A stretch of DNA of 63,566 bases, the filler included, from Asterionella formosa (Eukaryota): the NCBI GenBank assembly GCA_002256025.1. It is 12 parts of 12 records of this genome, joined end to end, with 100 filler letters (N's around TTAATTAATTAA, not from the genome) between each part and the next. Parts side by side here need not be neighbours in the genome. Positions count along the whole stretch, not along the records: positions 44,851 to 62,375 come from NKIB01004390.1; 11 more parts are not named here. One strand, given 5' to 3'. The position numbers and the translations under genes are program-made. The notes beneath the pieces are model-generated. The model saw nothing but the letters and a program-made list of their open reading frames with translations, made no database searches and had not been told where the DNA came from. Within the stretch, counting starts at the first letter, position 1; the number at the start of each line of letters is the position of its first letter. Shown in pieces: positions 48,991 through 61,676 of this stretch.

Positions 48991-49716
48991 ATACAGCAAT
49001 AATCCAAATAATTGTTCTCATGCGTGTTAATTTAGAGTCCATATCGATGTTGTCAATGTGAAGGAGGGACTTATTGTTGCCGTGTTGGCTTGTTGTTCTC
49101 AGAGAGAACCCATTCTGTATAAGACCTCGTGAGTAGAATTACCGGTTCTCGATGACTGGATATTGCCATTCATGAACGAAATAAATTTTATCAAATACAA
49201 TCATCTGGATATAAATATTTGATGATATCTTATGCTCAAGTGATTGTCTATACATAAATGATATATAGCTTTTACTTTTGTTATGTCGCTCAAAACAGAT
49301 TGTAACATCAGTAATATCATATTATCTTATGCTTAGTACAACAATCAACTTATAATTCATTAATTCATTGTCACAATCACTGGTTTATAATCATATGATA
49401 CTTTGATCATACTTATATGATCAAATCAATGCACATCTTTTGAAAGTTTTCTAGGGAATGGCTTTGTGGCTTAGCAAGTTGCCTTTGATCTGAGTTTGTG
49501 AGGTGTTAAAATGTCTAGCTTTATTCGTTGAGAATGTCACAGATCTCACTTGCTGTAAGATCGCTAAAGCTGAAAACATATTTCCACTTTCCACTTTGTA
49601 ATATTGTGAGCTATCTGTTAATAGTCTGTCTAGTCTTGTTCTTGCCTGATTACTCATGTAATCCTTATCAAGACATTTCACAGTTTCCTTGATCTCGTCA
49701 ATATGATCTTCGTTGC

Positions 49717-49810
49717 TTTGACAATAAGTAAGCATATTGATTTAACGATAAGTAAACATTGCATATTCATTTGACAATAAGTAAGCATCTCAATTTATTT
49801 GTCAATAAGT
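49717..49810 (+). repeat. Short direct repeats TTTGACAATAAGTAAGCAT
   Basis: Exact copies at 49717 and 49770; degenerate copies at 49741 and 49798. Confidence 0.7.
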
Positions 49811-51851
49811 GTTGCATGTCTTGGTTTCTAATCACTAAAAATATTGATCCTCGACTCATTGGATTCCATATATCTTATCAGTCAGGTTCGATTCCTGCAA
49901 GTTTTTTTACTAGCAATTGTTGGGTTTGACTCCCACAATCCTTACTGTCCAGCACGGTCTTGCCTGGTGTGCAAAAAATAGTGGGTTTGACCGCCTACAA
50001 GCAAGCAGCTTGTGCCGCCTTTCTAGGTGGTCAGAGTTCCCCCTAACGCTGCGGCTACTACGACGATGACCTTTCGCGAAAGGTGATTGGGGACTCACAT
50101 GCTAACATTTTGTCGGCAGATCGCACAGCTATGAAAGACTTGCCTATAGAATAGGGGAGGAGTGTGAATGACCAACTCAATACATTTTGAATCTCTCTTG
50201 GCATCGTTACAGCAGCAAATGCAAAGAATGCAAAAATCACCAGAAATCGGCAAAGAAATGCATGGAGAAAACAGATATTAAAAAATGCAGAATGAACCAA
50301 TAAATTAGTTGATTGAAATTGAAATTGAAATTGACTCTGAGACATAGATTTGAACAGAAGTCTGATTTCTAATCATTCACTGAAAGGCATCTTTGATTGG
50401 CCTTCTTGAATCTCCTTATAGTTATTGGACATTGTAACAACAAAAGATTCTGTATTTCTATGCTGTATATATAGGTTCATTTACGTTGGCTCTTATTCTT
50501 GAGCCATTGCCACAGAAGTAAATACTGTAGAAAGTGTAATATATTTTTAAATCATATTGATCACCATAATGATTCTTGGGGCAGCCATGAGGCTTACTAG
50601 TTTGGTCACACTTGTTTTGTATCTCAGATTTACATGGATTTATAATAGCCCACAATAGAATGAGTGTTTGCAATTTTAATGTTAATTGTTTGACTGGTCT
50701 AACCATTTACCTTGGCATGTTTTTTAGGCAGGCAGTGGTTTGTAGTAGCATCAATAATTTCTACTAAGAATAATCTGTCCTTATATCATTCAGCAACCAA
50801 ACCTGGCAGTTCTTAGATACGAAATAAAGCAAGGGCTAGTTGAAACTCTTCATTTAGAGCTTTTTTCAGTGACTATCACGCAAAAGCCTTACAAATGAAT
50901 TGCTCCGCCCGATTGATTAAAGCTTCCCTTTTCTGCTCAATAAGCCCTTTGCAAAGATAAGATATTTGATGAAATCATCGTCAACCACACCCTTTTTGTG
51001 CTTCATGAGAAGTTGTTGATTGCAAATGATTTCTTCTCTTCTTTCACAACTCTGTGTTGCTTGTTTTCGCAAATGGTTAAGTTTTTGGATGAGTCATGAG
51101 CCATATTGCCCAGACTTACCTCACTGCCCTGTTCTATCTAGGTGATCAGCACTAGGCCTAAACAAGTTCAGAGGGTATAAACAAAGTAAGACGAGAATTA
51201 GATAAAGATTATTCAGTTCATGTTCGTTCGCTTGTTGGTTGCTGAGTTGGTCTTGGAAAGGTGATGATGTGAGCCCTGGAAGTTGATTGGGAAGCATTAT
51301 GGTCATTTAGCACATGAATACTCTTTTGTAAGACATTGGCGATTATAAATCTTAGTTGCTCTCTGTCAGGTTTAATTCTCACTTTTAGAGAATTAGTAAA
51401 TATTTTTAGGGATTACCGGCTACTACAGTATAATTATTAGTTCAGAATAAAAGTTAATTAAATTTTTAGTACCTTAAAGATAAGTTGAGCATAATTATAG
51501 CTATTTACATAGTCTTATGTATGAATTTACACAATGCTCCTGAGGTATTAAAAATCCATATTGAGCAGAGGGACTGCAACCACTTGGATGCTCCTATGCT
51601 CAAAGAGCCAATCAATGAAACAGGAACTCAGACCGAAGAAGCAGCCGTCTTTGTACCATCATTGTCACTGGACATGATGTACTAGCATGAATGTGATTGC
51701 TAGAAGCCCAGCCTATTCATCATGAAGCCACATCTAACCTTCAACTTGTTAAAGTATACTCCTGGACTACTGGTACGCTATTTAGTCATAGTCCATAAAT
51801 TTCATTTAATTAGATAAGCATTCCAGATATTCTCATATAAAATGTAACAAA

Positions 51852-53633
51852 TTAAAGATCCACAGTGTTGGGTGCATAATACTCTCGTGGGTTGTCCCTT
51901 GTCCGAACTGGACCTAAATCTCGTTGAATCTCCTCCTGCAAGAGTTCGGCCTTGATGAATGTGGGCTGCTGCAATCGAATGTCAAGACACTTTTGGCAGG
52001 TTGTACTGACGCAAGTTTTTGGATTGTGATCGTCCTCATGCCACACGTCAACAGCCGAATCAGCATCGTCACTATCATTCCAAACCACAGCATTCCGTTG
52101 TACGGACTCTTCCGTTGGTGCATCCAACGAATACACATCTTCCTCGCGATCCTGTTGTTTCAGATAAACCGAATGACGATCCTTGTTTTTTCTCCTCACA
52201 TAAATTGCCCCCAAAATCAAAGCTCCCATCACAGCCGCTACAGCAATGGCAACACTACCACCAATCAAAGCTGGACTTGGAGGCACTGAGGTTGTTGTTT
52301 GTTGTGCGGCAGCTGCTGGGTTCTCCGGTGTGACTCCATCGTTGACATTGGTAAACCCTAAAAACGAGATTCCAGTAACGCCCGATATATCACGTGGAAT
52401 GGGGGCTAAGGTCTGGTTGTTTCCTAAAAAGGCACCAACTGAAGAGTACAATTCGTCCTTGGTTGGTTGCGAGTCCAGAAAAGCAAAAGTCTCACCACCC
52501 GCAATGATGTAACAAGCACTTCCATTCTTTTGTTGTTCTGCGGTGCATGCTGTGCTCGCATCAACCGTGTCCTTGGCTAACGACGAAAGAGAACTTACTA
52601 TTGTTGAATTTTCCACCAAACGTCGTCGAGTAGCGCAGGTAATATACTCCCACGCCAAAATCTTGTGAAATTTTGACTCAACAATTGGCAACGCTTGCTC
52701 CACAGAGGTGCCCGTTGCAACAAGTAAAAGGTAGCGGTAGGTCAATGGCACAGTGTTATTTGCTGCGGTGGTGTTGCTTGATTTGCAAGTACTGACCTCT
52801 CCTCCATCGCTTGTAGTTGTCGTGTCGAACAATGTTTCGGAAGGCGCAAAGGATGCGGAGGGTGTCAATGAAGGTAATAAGGATGGTAGAGAGGATGGAA
52901 TTTTTGAAGGTGATGAGGATGGCAAAGTAGATGGAAATTGTGAAGGTTCTGATGAAGGAATGCCTGTCACTGGTGCTGGTGAGGGAATGGGAGCAAGGGT
53001 GGGGGATCCAGTGGTAGGAAATTGGGTAGGAGACAAGGTTGGGTCCGGTGATGTTGGTTTGGCCATCGCTGGTGCAGGAGTAGGTATTACTGGTGCAGGA
53101 GTAGGTACTACTGGAGCAGGAGTAGCTGGTACAATAGGCGCAGGGAAAGGTGCAAATGGTGCAGGAGTAGGCACTACTGGAGCAGGAGTAGCTGGTACAA
53201 ATGGTGCAGGAGTCACCACTACTGGAGCAGGAGTAGCTGGTACAATTGGTGCAGGAGTAAATGCAATTGGCGCAGGAATGGGAGGTACAACTATTGGGGG
53301 TGGGAGAATCGTTGGATGAGGTGACATTGTAGGAGCACAGGTGGGGACCAAAGGATCAAATACAAGGCCCTTCTGACATTTTCTGGTAATTAACTTGGGT
53401 GCCAACGTAGGAGCGTTTGTTTGTTTCTTATTGAGGGGTGGATTGACATAAAAGTTTCCATCCTTTTGCGGAACCAACAAAGGATCAAAGACTTGAGGGT
53501 TCAAGGCTTGGCCAGTATTCCACAGAGAACGACGTCGTTCACCTTTGATTTTGGAGGCAGTAGCTTGAGCACTATCGTTCAGCACCACCAGCAACAGCAG
53601 CGATGAACGAAAAAAAGGCAGAAGATCCTTCAT
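51852..53633 (-). CDS. Pro/Thr-rich (TPAP-repeat) mucin-like type I membrane glycoprotein
   Basis: Signal peptide, RRRSL/RRRL motifs, tandem xxPATPAP and PSxxPS repeats, one TM helix, and a cytosolic HNPKTCVSTTCQKC motif. Confidence 0.85.
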   Translation of the reverse strand: MKDLLPFFRSSLLLLVVLNDSAQATASKIKGERRRSLWNTGQALNPQVFDPLLVPQKDGNFYVNPPLNKKQTNAPTLAPKLITRKCQKGLVFDPLVPTCAPTMSPHPTILPPPIVVPPIPAPIAFTPAPIVPATPAPVVVTPAPFVPATPAPVVPTPAPFAPFPAPIVPATPAPVVPTPAPVIPTPAPAMAKPTSPDPTLSPTQFPTTGSPTLAPIPSPAPVTGIPSSEPSQFPSTLPSSSPSKIPSSLPSLLPSLTPSASFAPSETLFDTTTTSDGGEVSTCKSSNTTAANNTVPLTYRYLLLVATGTSVEQALPIVESKFHKILAWEYITCATRRRLVENSTIVSSLSSLAKDTVDASTACTAEQQKNGSACYIIAGGETFAFLDSQPTKDELYSSVGAFLGNNQTLAPIPRDISGVTGISFLGFTNVNDGVTPENPAAAAQQTTTSVPPSPALIGGSVAIAVAAVMGALILGAIYVRRKNKDRHSVYLKQQDREEDVYSLDAPTEESVQRNAVVWNDSDDADSAVDVWHEDDHNPKTCVSTTCQKCLDIRLQQPTFIKAELLQEEIQRDLGPVRTRDNPREYYAPNTVDL

Positions 53634-55667
53634 TCTGTTTGTTTGTTTGGAATAAATGCAACTGTTACTTGAAATAGTCCTGGATAAGGATCTTGATTAA
53701 ACTCTTAATGAACTTTGATGGGATAGGATCGGTGCGCAAGTGTATTATTGGTGGTGTCCTCACAAGATCAATCAAGTACCGGTGGCAGTGGGAGTCTAAT
53801 GGGCGGGATGAATTTATGAGGACGTATGTTCGTGTGAACCAAATTTTTCGGATGAGAAAATGGCGGTCCTGTGTGAACAACCCTCATCAGCGTTGCTTGT
53901 ATCAGCATCAGCAGGTGAGTTCGCTAGAAGTCCACGGATGGAACAACACCTGCAAAAAGGAACGATCAGAACGGCAGCTACTATCGGCAGTTGAAAACAT
54001 ATGAATGCATTCATGTATGTAGGCAAGCAGTTGACAACATTCGAAACCTAAATATATATATAGTCATGAATATATATAGTCGATTTCATAGCAGCACCTC
54101 CACTCCATAAATAGCTATACTCACCGCTTGTGTCGTTGGAAAACGGATCAGATACCGGTACGTATACTCCTGCGCTGGCCGACGCTATCGTTTGTCAGGT
54201 ACCGTACCAGGTACCATAATACATACATACATAGACATCGACATTCTATTAAAATACCAGTATGTACCACCGGTACGTGTACCAGTACTGGTCGTAGCTT
54301 ATAGTAGACTTTGCAATTCTTACATACCGGTAGATGGTATCACAGTTGCTTGGGAGAAGCAATTATGTACTGGTACCGGTACATAGGTAACAAGTACCGA
54401 TGAAAAACAACAGCCACAGTATGATAAGAGTATGTACGAACAGATCGACTACATATATATCAAGCAGGAGAAAACATCTAAATATAAATAAGATACCGTA
54501 CCCCCCCCAGTGGACTAGGTACACAATACGTAAGTAGGGTCTCGTCGACTGGCCCACTCCTGTGTCTACTGGTATACCGGTAATTACGAACTCATATGCA
54601 CAGTACTTGGTAATGCTCGCTTTTGTTGCTTGTCCTCCTCCTCCTTACGAGAGTACCAGGTACTCAAAGTGGAGTACGGTACCCTGGTACCCTGTTACCC
54701 TGGTATTACCTGGTACCTTTGCGATTATGGTGTGGTACCTGCTACTCAGTATCTACTGGGGTAGACTACCAGTAGTCTGAACAGTCCACTCGCATTCATA
54801 AAGAAGGAGCATAATGTTGGGCTGATTCTCTCCCTGTAGACTTGGCCATTCCTGTAACCTAGTACTTCCTCAGTTAGTAATGTCTGCTTTTCATGGCATT
54901 GATTTGTTTTCTCATTTCCTGCAGGAACTTCAAACTTTATGACCAGAGAACAATGTGTGGAAGTTCTTCAGATTAGAAGTACCTGTTACCTGACCCTCCC
55001 CCCCCTGTCAGGGGAGTTTCTTCAATGCTTCCTTTTCTAGACAACTAACAATCTGGCCTATTTTGAAGGTAGCTACATGTAGGTTGTACTCGAAACATTT
55101 GATTTCATTACGAGGATCACAATTGCTGCAGGTGTGAGTTCGCCATGACACAACTGCAATCCACAGGAGTACATGGTGCATCAGTAGTTCAGATGATGAA
55201 AATTTGATTGCGAGATGCATAAATGAAGGAAGAGACCGGGATGAGTACAGCAACTCGTATTTTGGATATGTAAGCATCGTTCAGTATACAGACAATATCG
55301 TTGCTTTGTGGTAACGCACAGGGGTAATCTCGTCTTGGTAATGTAGTCGTATCCTCCAAAAAAACGAACCTCGCGCAGACAGGGTGACGGGAATCATTTA
55401 TAGATTTTATTATTGACGAACAAGGCGGCAGACTAGAACTAGTTTAACCGTCAAAATTTCTGCAGCGAACTGGGCACACTGCACGGCAATGATGGCTTGT
55501 ACAGCAAGACATGTACTTCAATTCTCACTTTACATCGCTATGAAATAGTACCCCCCATTGATGGATACTGAATGATCATGACATGCACGTAAAAGAATGT
55601 AATAACCTTGTATTCTTTTAAATCTTGAGCATTGACAGTTGAATCCATACAAATGAGGAGACTCTCA

Positions 55668-57726
55668 TTACACAGCAATGGCTGCAATCTCCTCTATCCC
55701 TCGATCCAAGTCACGCCATCCTACAGGAAACTCTCTCGCCCATGTGGGCGGATAAATTGGTCGGTACTCTTGGACATCGAACTTGTGCCGTTTCGGTATA
55801 TAATAATAACTTGGTATAATGCCATCTTTCCAGCCCTCTCCTTTAGACAATTGGTGGTGATAGCCTCGCATACGATTAATGTACCCCGTAAACGTTGAAT
55901 AGTAACAGCCAATAAAAATTTCTCCCCTAGATGCAATGCGTTGATCCAGCATACCAAAAAAGTTGGTGTTAATTTCTTTGAGCTGCGGTTTAAAGTCGTC
56001 GAGGAAGTACACATTGTAGTTTTCTTTGAAGATGTTGAAAAAACTTTTGTCGCGTTCATCCGTGGCAATGTACACAGTTTCATTGTTCTTTAGTAAATCT
56101 TTGACATTGTTGTAAATGACGTTTGCTTCTACCCGCGTATCCTTGTACTGGAAGTCTCCACGACGTATATGAAAACTGGTGTACTTGCCGCTCGGGTCTC
56201 CATTTTCACGTGACTTTTGTCGGACAGCTGCCACGACACGAGCTGCTGCACATTGAATCTCGTCCACATACTGTATATATATTTATACATAGTATGCCAT
56301 TATTTTCATTTAGGAGCGGAGTGAGCATTAGGGTCCATGACGATAATTAACATCCAACAAAAGGGCAACAAACAAACCAATATCATATTATCAATCGAAC
56401 ATGGACGTACCCGAAGGTGATCTCTAACAAATCTCTTTGTCCAAAGATCTTGTTTCCAGTCTTCAAAGAATAGGAAAACATAGAAATGTACCAACAATCG
56501 TGCTCCACTTTTGTTGTCTCCCATCAAATGAAAGACCTTGGCCTCTTGTAATGTTTTGTCATAAATACAAAGATTATTCCGATGCGCCAAATTCTCTCTC
56601 AGTCTGTCTTGTGGGCTTGCATCAACTGGCACGGCATGACCATAGTACTCACCTTTCCTGGTTTCAAATTCGGTCGATTTTACATGTTGTAACCATTGCT
56701 GCATCTTTTGTTCACCCTCGTCTGTTGCAGGGAATGCTGCCATACACTCATCGTATGACCAAATAGGGTTTGTGGCGAATGTTCGTACCCACTTGTCTAA
56801 TTCTTTAATTTCTCTTCTATCACTGCCATTCCAATTGGTCCGATTGTTTTGAGGAGGAAAGGTAACCTTGTTTTCCTTGTCTAACATTTGCCCATCCATC
56901 ACTTCTCGTTTTAAAAATTCTTCAAAGGATATAATCTCCACCCCACTTTGCTCCAATGCCATGGAATCAAAATGAAAGAAATCAGTAAATGAAAATCTAT
57001 TCTTCTGATTCGACCCCTGTTCCTTGTGATGTAGTAAATACATGCCTTGCTCTGGTGGCATGACAAGTATCCGTCCCATGGCATGTGACAATGTGACTAC
57101 CGGGTACCATGAAAAATGATTTTGATTGAATGATTGAATGAATCAATGAATGAATGATTGAATGGGTAAACAAATAAATACATTGAGAGCGAGAGAATTG
57201 GCACAAGAGAGAAAATAAAAACACGCAACGTACCTGCTGTTTCCATACTCATACGAATATTATTCCATCCACCTTCATCGGCTTCAAAGGTAAGATATTT
57301 TGGTTCTTTTGTTGTATGTTTCTTCTTAAAGGGTGATACAAAGGTAGCATCTGAAGGAATATCTTGCCAATACACCATTTCCTTGGCAACATTTTGTGAT
57401 GGTCCACCATACTTGTCGCAATTCAACCCAGCAATCTTGTGATGACCATTTGTTTCTTCATCCTTCGACAAATGTTCCTTCTTTTGGAGTTTTGGTTCCT
57501 TGTCCTTTGGTTCTGCAGTAAAAGTATCTGTATCTGTAGTTTTCGTTGGAGTAGTTTTCGTTGTATTCAAAGTACGTGTGACGGTCCTTGTGGATGGACG
57601 ACGTGGCACCAACAACAAATCATCTGGAGGCTGATCCGTGATAAAGTCATCCTTTCGAAGGATCAGAAACACGTCGAGGACAACAAGCACTGACAATGCA
57701 ATGAGTACTTGGTTCCAAACGTTCAT
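55668..57726 (-). CDS. GDP-fucose protein O-fucosyltransferase-family protein; 3 exons (introns 57097-57233, 56271-56410)
   Basis: DEGGWNNIRMSMET, HLRYVDEIQCAAA (spliced), FHIRRGDFQY, YIATDE and STFTGYINRMRG; type II TM anchor. Confidence 0.87.
57123..57163. repeat. (GAAT/GATT)n microsatellite in an intron
   Basis: TTGATTGAATGATTGAATGAATCAATGAATGAATGATTGAAT. Confidence 0.7.
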
Positions 57727-58825
57727 AGCTAGAACCTGGTAGGTTGTTTCAATTGGTATGTAAGGGTGGAGGAATGGATGGATGGATGATATACCAATAG
57801 ATGGATGAATCACTTTATATAACAGTATTATGCCGGCAGAGGAGGGATGTGGTAGAGATTCAAATGATATCGCGCAGCAGGACCACTTGACAATGAAAAT
57901 ACGGTAAATACCGGTAACGCCATGTGGATTCTGATGATCATTAACGTTACTGTATGGATAGCTATCATTGAACCACAATTGAAGCAAACAAGCATTATAG
58001 CAGGTACATACTGGTAGTAAGTACCAGTAGTCCTACATACCCCTGTCTGGTAGTAGCTGTTGGCTGGGCAGCCTTGAGCGAACGGTAGTACCTGGTACCG
58101 GTGTTCATCCTCAATAGGAATGGTGCAAGAGCCGCAAAATGAGACATTACAAAACAGCCAGCCTTGCTTGCAGGCAGTATTTCGTTGAGGAGGCACTTGT
58201 ACCAAGGCACTACCGTATGTACCTTCCTCTAATACAAAAACGCCGACTATGTGTATACTTATATGTACTACATGTGCGTACCAGGTCCCGGTAGTGGTAC
58301 GATAGGTGGTCATGGGCAAAGAAAAACCCTTGGGAAAAAAAACTCCTTAGGAGTATATTAGTATATATTTATACCTGGTACCGTTCTGGTAGGCGACCGG
58401 TATGTGCTATCGGTCCGTCCATCACACACAGCAGCACACTACCTGGAAAACCAGGTAATAAATAGTATAGAAATTCGCTTGTACAAACAAAATACATGCT
58501 GTATTCGTACTTGAATGTGTGTGAGGGTGGATGCATGAAGATTTATATTCATATATGAATACTTCCATTTACCAACGGTACATACCGGCATGTAGTGCGT
58601 GCAATTCAAAAACTCTCAGGCAAGTCATTATTTTGAAATGGTGTTCTTCATACATACCGCAAGTACCTGGTACTACATACACAGCGAGAGACTATGTCAC
58701 ATATTTCATTGCCCAGATAATGTTGGATGGATGGATTCCTTGTCTCGTCATCTCTCTGTAATAACATCCACACACCAGTGATCTTCAACAAAACCTCCTT
58801 CCCCAATAAAGTAGCTTACGAAAGA

Positions 58826-59944
58826 ATGGCTCCAACAAACAAGAAAGCCAAGAGCAGTACGAAAAAGGCTTCTGCCAGTACCAACAGTACCGCTGCCACG
58901 TCCGATTCCACTGCCGCCTCCGCTCCGCCACCGCCAACAGAGCCGTTCTTCAGACCCTTCCTTACTTCTGGTCAATTGACAATTATCATTTTCATCTCCA
59001 TTGCGCTATCCTACATTTTGGACTATTACAAGGCCATGACTAATTCGGACAGTTCCAACACTTGTCAGTCCTACATTCGCATTGCTGCGGGGACCGCTTG
59101 CAGTCCTTTGGATGAACGCATGATTCGAGCCAAATACGTATCTTCCATTGCCACCACTGCCCTTGTGGCTGCGGCAGCATGGATCAGCCGACACGAGGAA
59201 CCACTATTGCTGCGTCTCATTAGTGCACTCCTACTGACACCCATTGTTACAACTGTCATGGCATTGCAAGCATGTCGATTATGGATCACACCCAACAAAA
59301 ATTTTGCTATTGGGATCATGTGCACCGTGTTGTTGATTGTAGGGATGGGAGCATTTGGAAATACACCCATTTTGGCACAATGGCAATCCCCAGCAACAAC
59401 CATGATGAACTTGACAGCCTTGACCATCGCATCCTTGATACTTGTGCATGGATATGATTTATTGAAATTGGGAATGGAACAAACAGATGGATATGTGATG
59501 GATGATACTTACGGAGAAGATGCTGCAGTTGTAACGCTACCTGCCAAGGCCTTGATTTTTTTCATCATGGTAGACAAGACAACGAACCTTGCCATGTTGT
59601 TTGTATCCTTGGCATTTTTTAATGATTTCAAACGAAGGGTACGCATATGTGTTTGTGTAAATGTTATTGGTTTGCTGGAACTTTCTTCATGGTCTCACTT
59701 TCTTTCTTTTTGTTGAACCACCAAAAAATAGTCCTTTTTGTTCTATTTTGCAATGATCCATGCCGCAATGAGATACTACTTTTATCCAACATTTCTAATG
59801 AACGTCATTTTAGATGCGGAATATCAAAAGCAATTTTACTTTGGATCTGCCATGTTTGCAATGACTGCGTCTATGGCTCCGGCTGTGACGTTTTTTACAA
59901 GTGATGCCATTTCCGCTACTGATGAGGACCAGAAGGAAAAGTAA
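58826..59944 (+). CDS. Multi-pass membrane protein of unknown function; 2 exons (intron 59639-59731)
   Basis: Lys/Ser/Thr-rich N-terminus and multiple TM segments; the GT-AG splice joins in frame to ORF 59738-59944. Confidence 0.7.
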
Positions 59945-60000
59945 AACAAAAAATGGTTGACCTGATATCTCAACTTTACTAAAATACATTGACAGTTACA

Positions 60001-61676
60001 TTAATCTATTTCTTTCCCAGCTGCTGGTATCGGTGGATCGGCGTCGCCGTCATCTTGAGTCGGTATTCTCATTGGTGACAATGAAGGTGCATAATAGCCC
60101 TCGTCCAAATCACCATCTACTTCTTCTATAGGAAAATCATCCACTTCTGATTGCTCCTTTCGTTCGTCTGTAATCGAATTCAAGGAATTCTCATCAATCT
60201 CCAATCCATATTGTGTTGTTGAAAAAATCAAATCTTGTGGTAGGCCTCCCTCCTTGGGATATCCCAAAACAACTTCAATGGCATTAGGATCTTGCAATTC
60301 CATTTCTTTGATTTCATATGATGTGGCCAGTACGATACAAATGTTTTCATCGGATGGAGCCTTGGTCCAACCAATTTTCCAACATGTGATACAATATATG
60401 GCCAACAAGACTGCTTCACAAATGCCATAAAACAATGGAACACCAACTGCCGTGGCCAAATCATCACCACTAAATATACTCAAGGCAACAGAAGTAGCAA
60501 TACCGGTATTTTGATAACAACATTCAACAGCAACAGCACTGTATATATAATTATAATGTGTGTGTGTGGGGGGGGTGGGGTCAATGAGTGGTAAGGTTAG
60601 ACTATAGTTTTGTATGGTATGCACATATATAGCAATTGTTGTTTCATATCATATCAAATCACAGAAAATATGTACACTTACACTCGTTCTGGTTTTTCCA
60701 ATTTAAAAAAAGATACCATACAAGTAGCAATGAGCAATCCAACGGCACATGGTATGGCAATTCCAATATAAAAAACGGATGGTTGATGCCATAGATCTGA
60801 ATGTGGATTCGAAGATGAGACAATTGCCGAATATGTTACAAGTGATATTCCAGCCAAGTTTCCAATCTATATATGTATATAGTTTTTCGTTTTGCGGTAA
60901 TTTTGGATGCGTTAGTTAATAACAAAAAAGCGCTCCCCCATGGGTACTATCAATGTCACTTTCTGAGATATGACATACCTTGTTGGCAAATAAATTGAAT
61001 TTTCGATTTTTGATTGTTGCACTACATATCAATCCTGAAAAGATCCCCCCAATGACCACAATTAAACTTAAAAACAATGCAAACCAATCCAGAGATTGTA
61101 CCACATCATTCGAATAGGATGTGGTTGCATACAAAATCAAATTGACAGGCAACATGACGACCGACAGCAATGTCGAAATGGTGGTCATGGTCACTGATAA
61201 TGCCAATTCGGCATTGAAAATACTGCACCACCTTGTTTTGTTGGAGTTTAGAAGAAAGAATGAAACCGAAGGGAGAACAAGAAGGAACAGAAAAGGTTCA
61301 TGAGTTGAGTAGAACAAGCATAGGTATATATAGATATATAGAAATAGGTATCCATGTTTCTACATTAGTGCAAGAGCTTGAGGGCGCGACCTATCAACCC
61401 CACCCACGCATTCCCCACGTACCAATTGCTGTACGACCCCCCAGGACTACTAGTGACAACAAGAAGTGTAATTCCCATGGGGGCATCCAATTTCAAAATG
61501 GTCACCACCAAGAATCCAATAAAAGGTAAAATAATAAACTGCAACACAATTCCTGTCAGGAGTGCATTTCGATTCCTCAGTTGTTTTCTCATTTTCTTAA
61601 TATCCACAGTCGCTGACATTCCAAAGACTAAAAAGTATAGCAGAATAGAGGATGTGATTTCTGCAAAGACTGCCAT
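60001..61676 (-). CDS. Bile acid:sodium symporter (BASS/SLC10) family transporter; 4 exons (introns 61232-61422, 60867-60978, 60539-60681)
   Basis: FGMSATV, LQFIILPFIGF, SPGGSYSNWWCSIFNAELALSVTMT and VECCYQNTGIA. Confidence 0.88.

Noticed and set aside
50100..51700. AT-rich region with many short ORFs
   Set aside because: No recognisable coding motifs; probably old repeat debris.
52753..53319. Gly/Ala/Val-rich (GAGV) plus-strand ORF
   Set aside because: Antisense shadow of the TPAP repeats.
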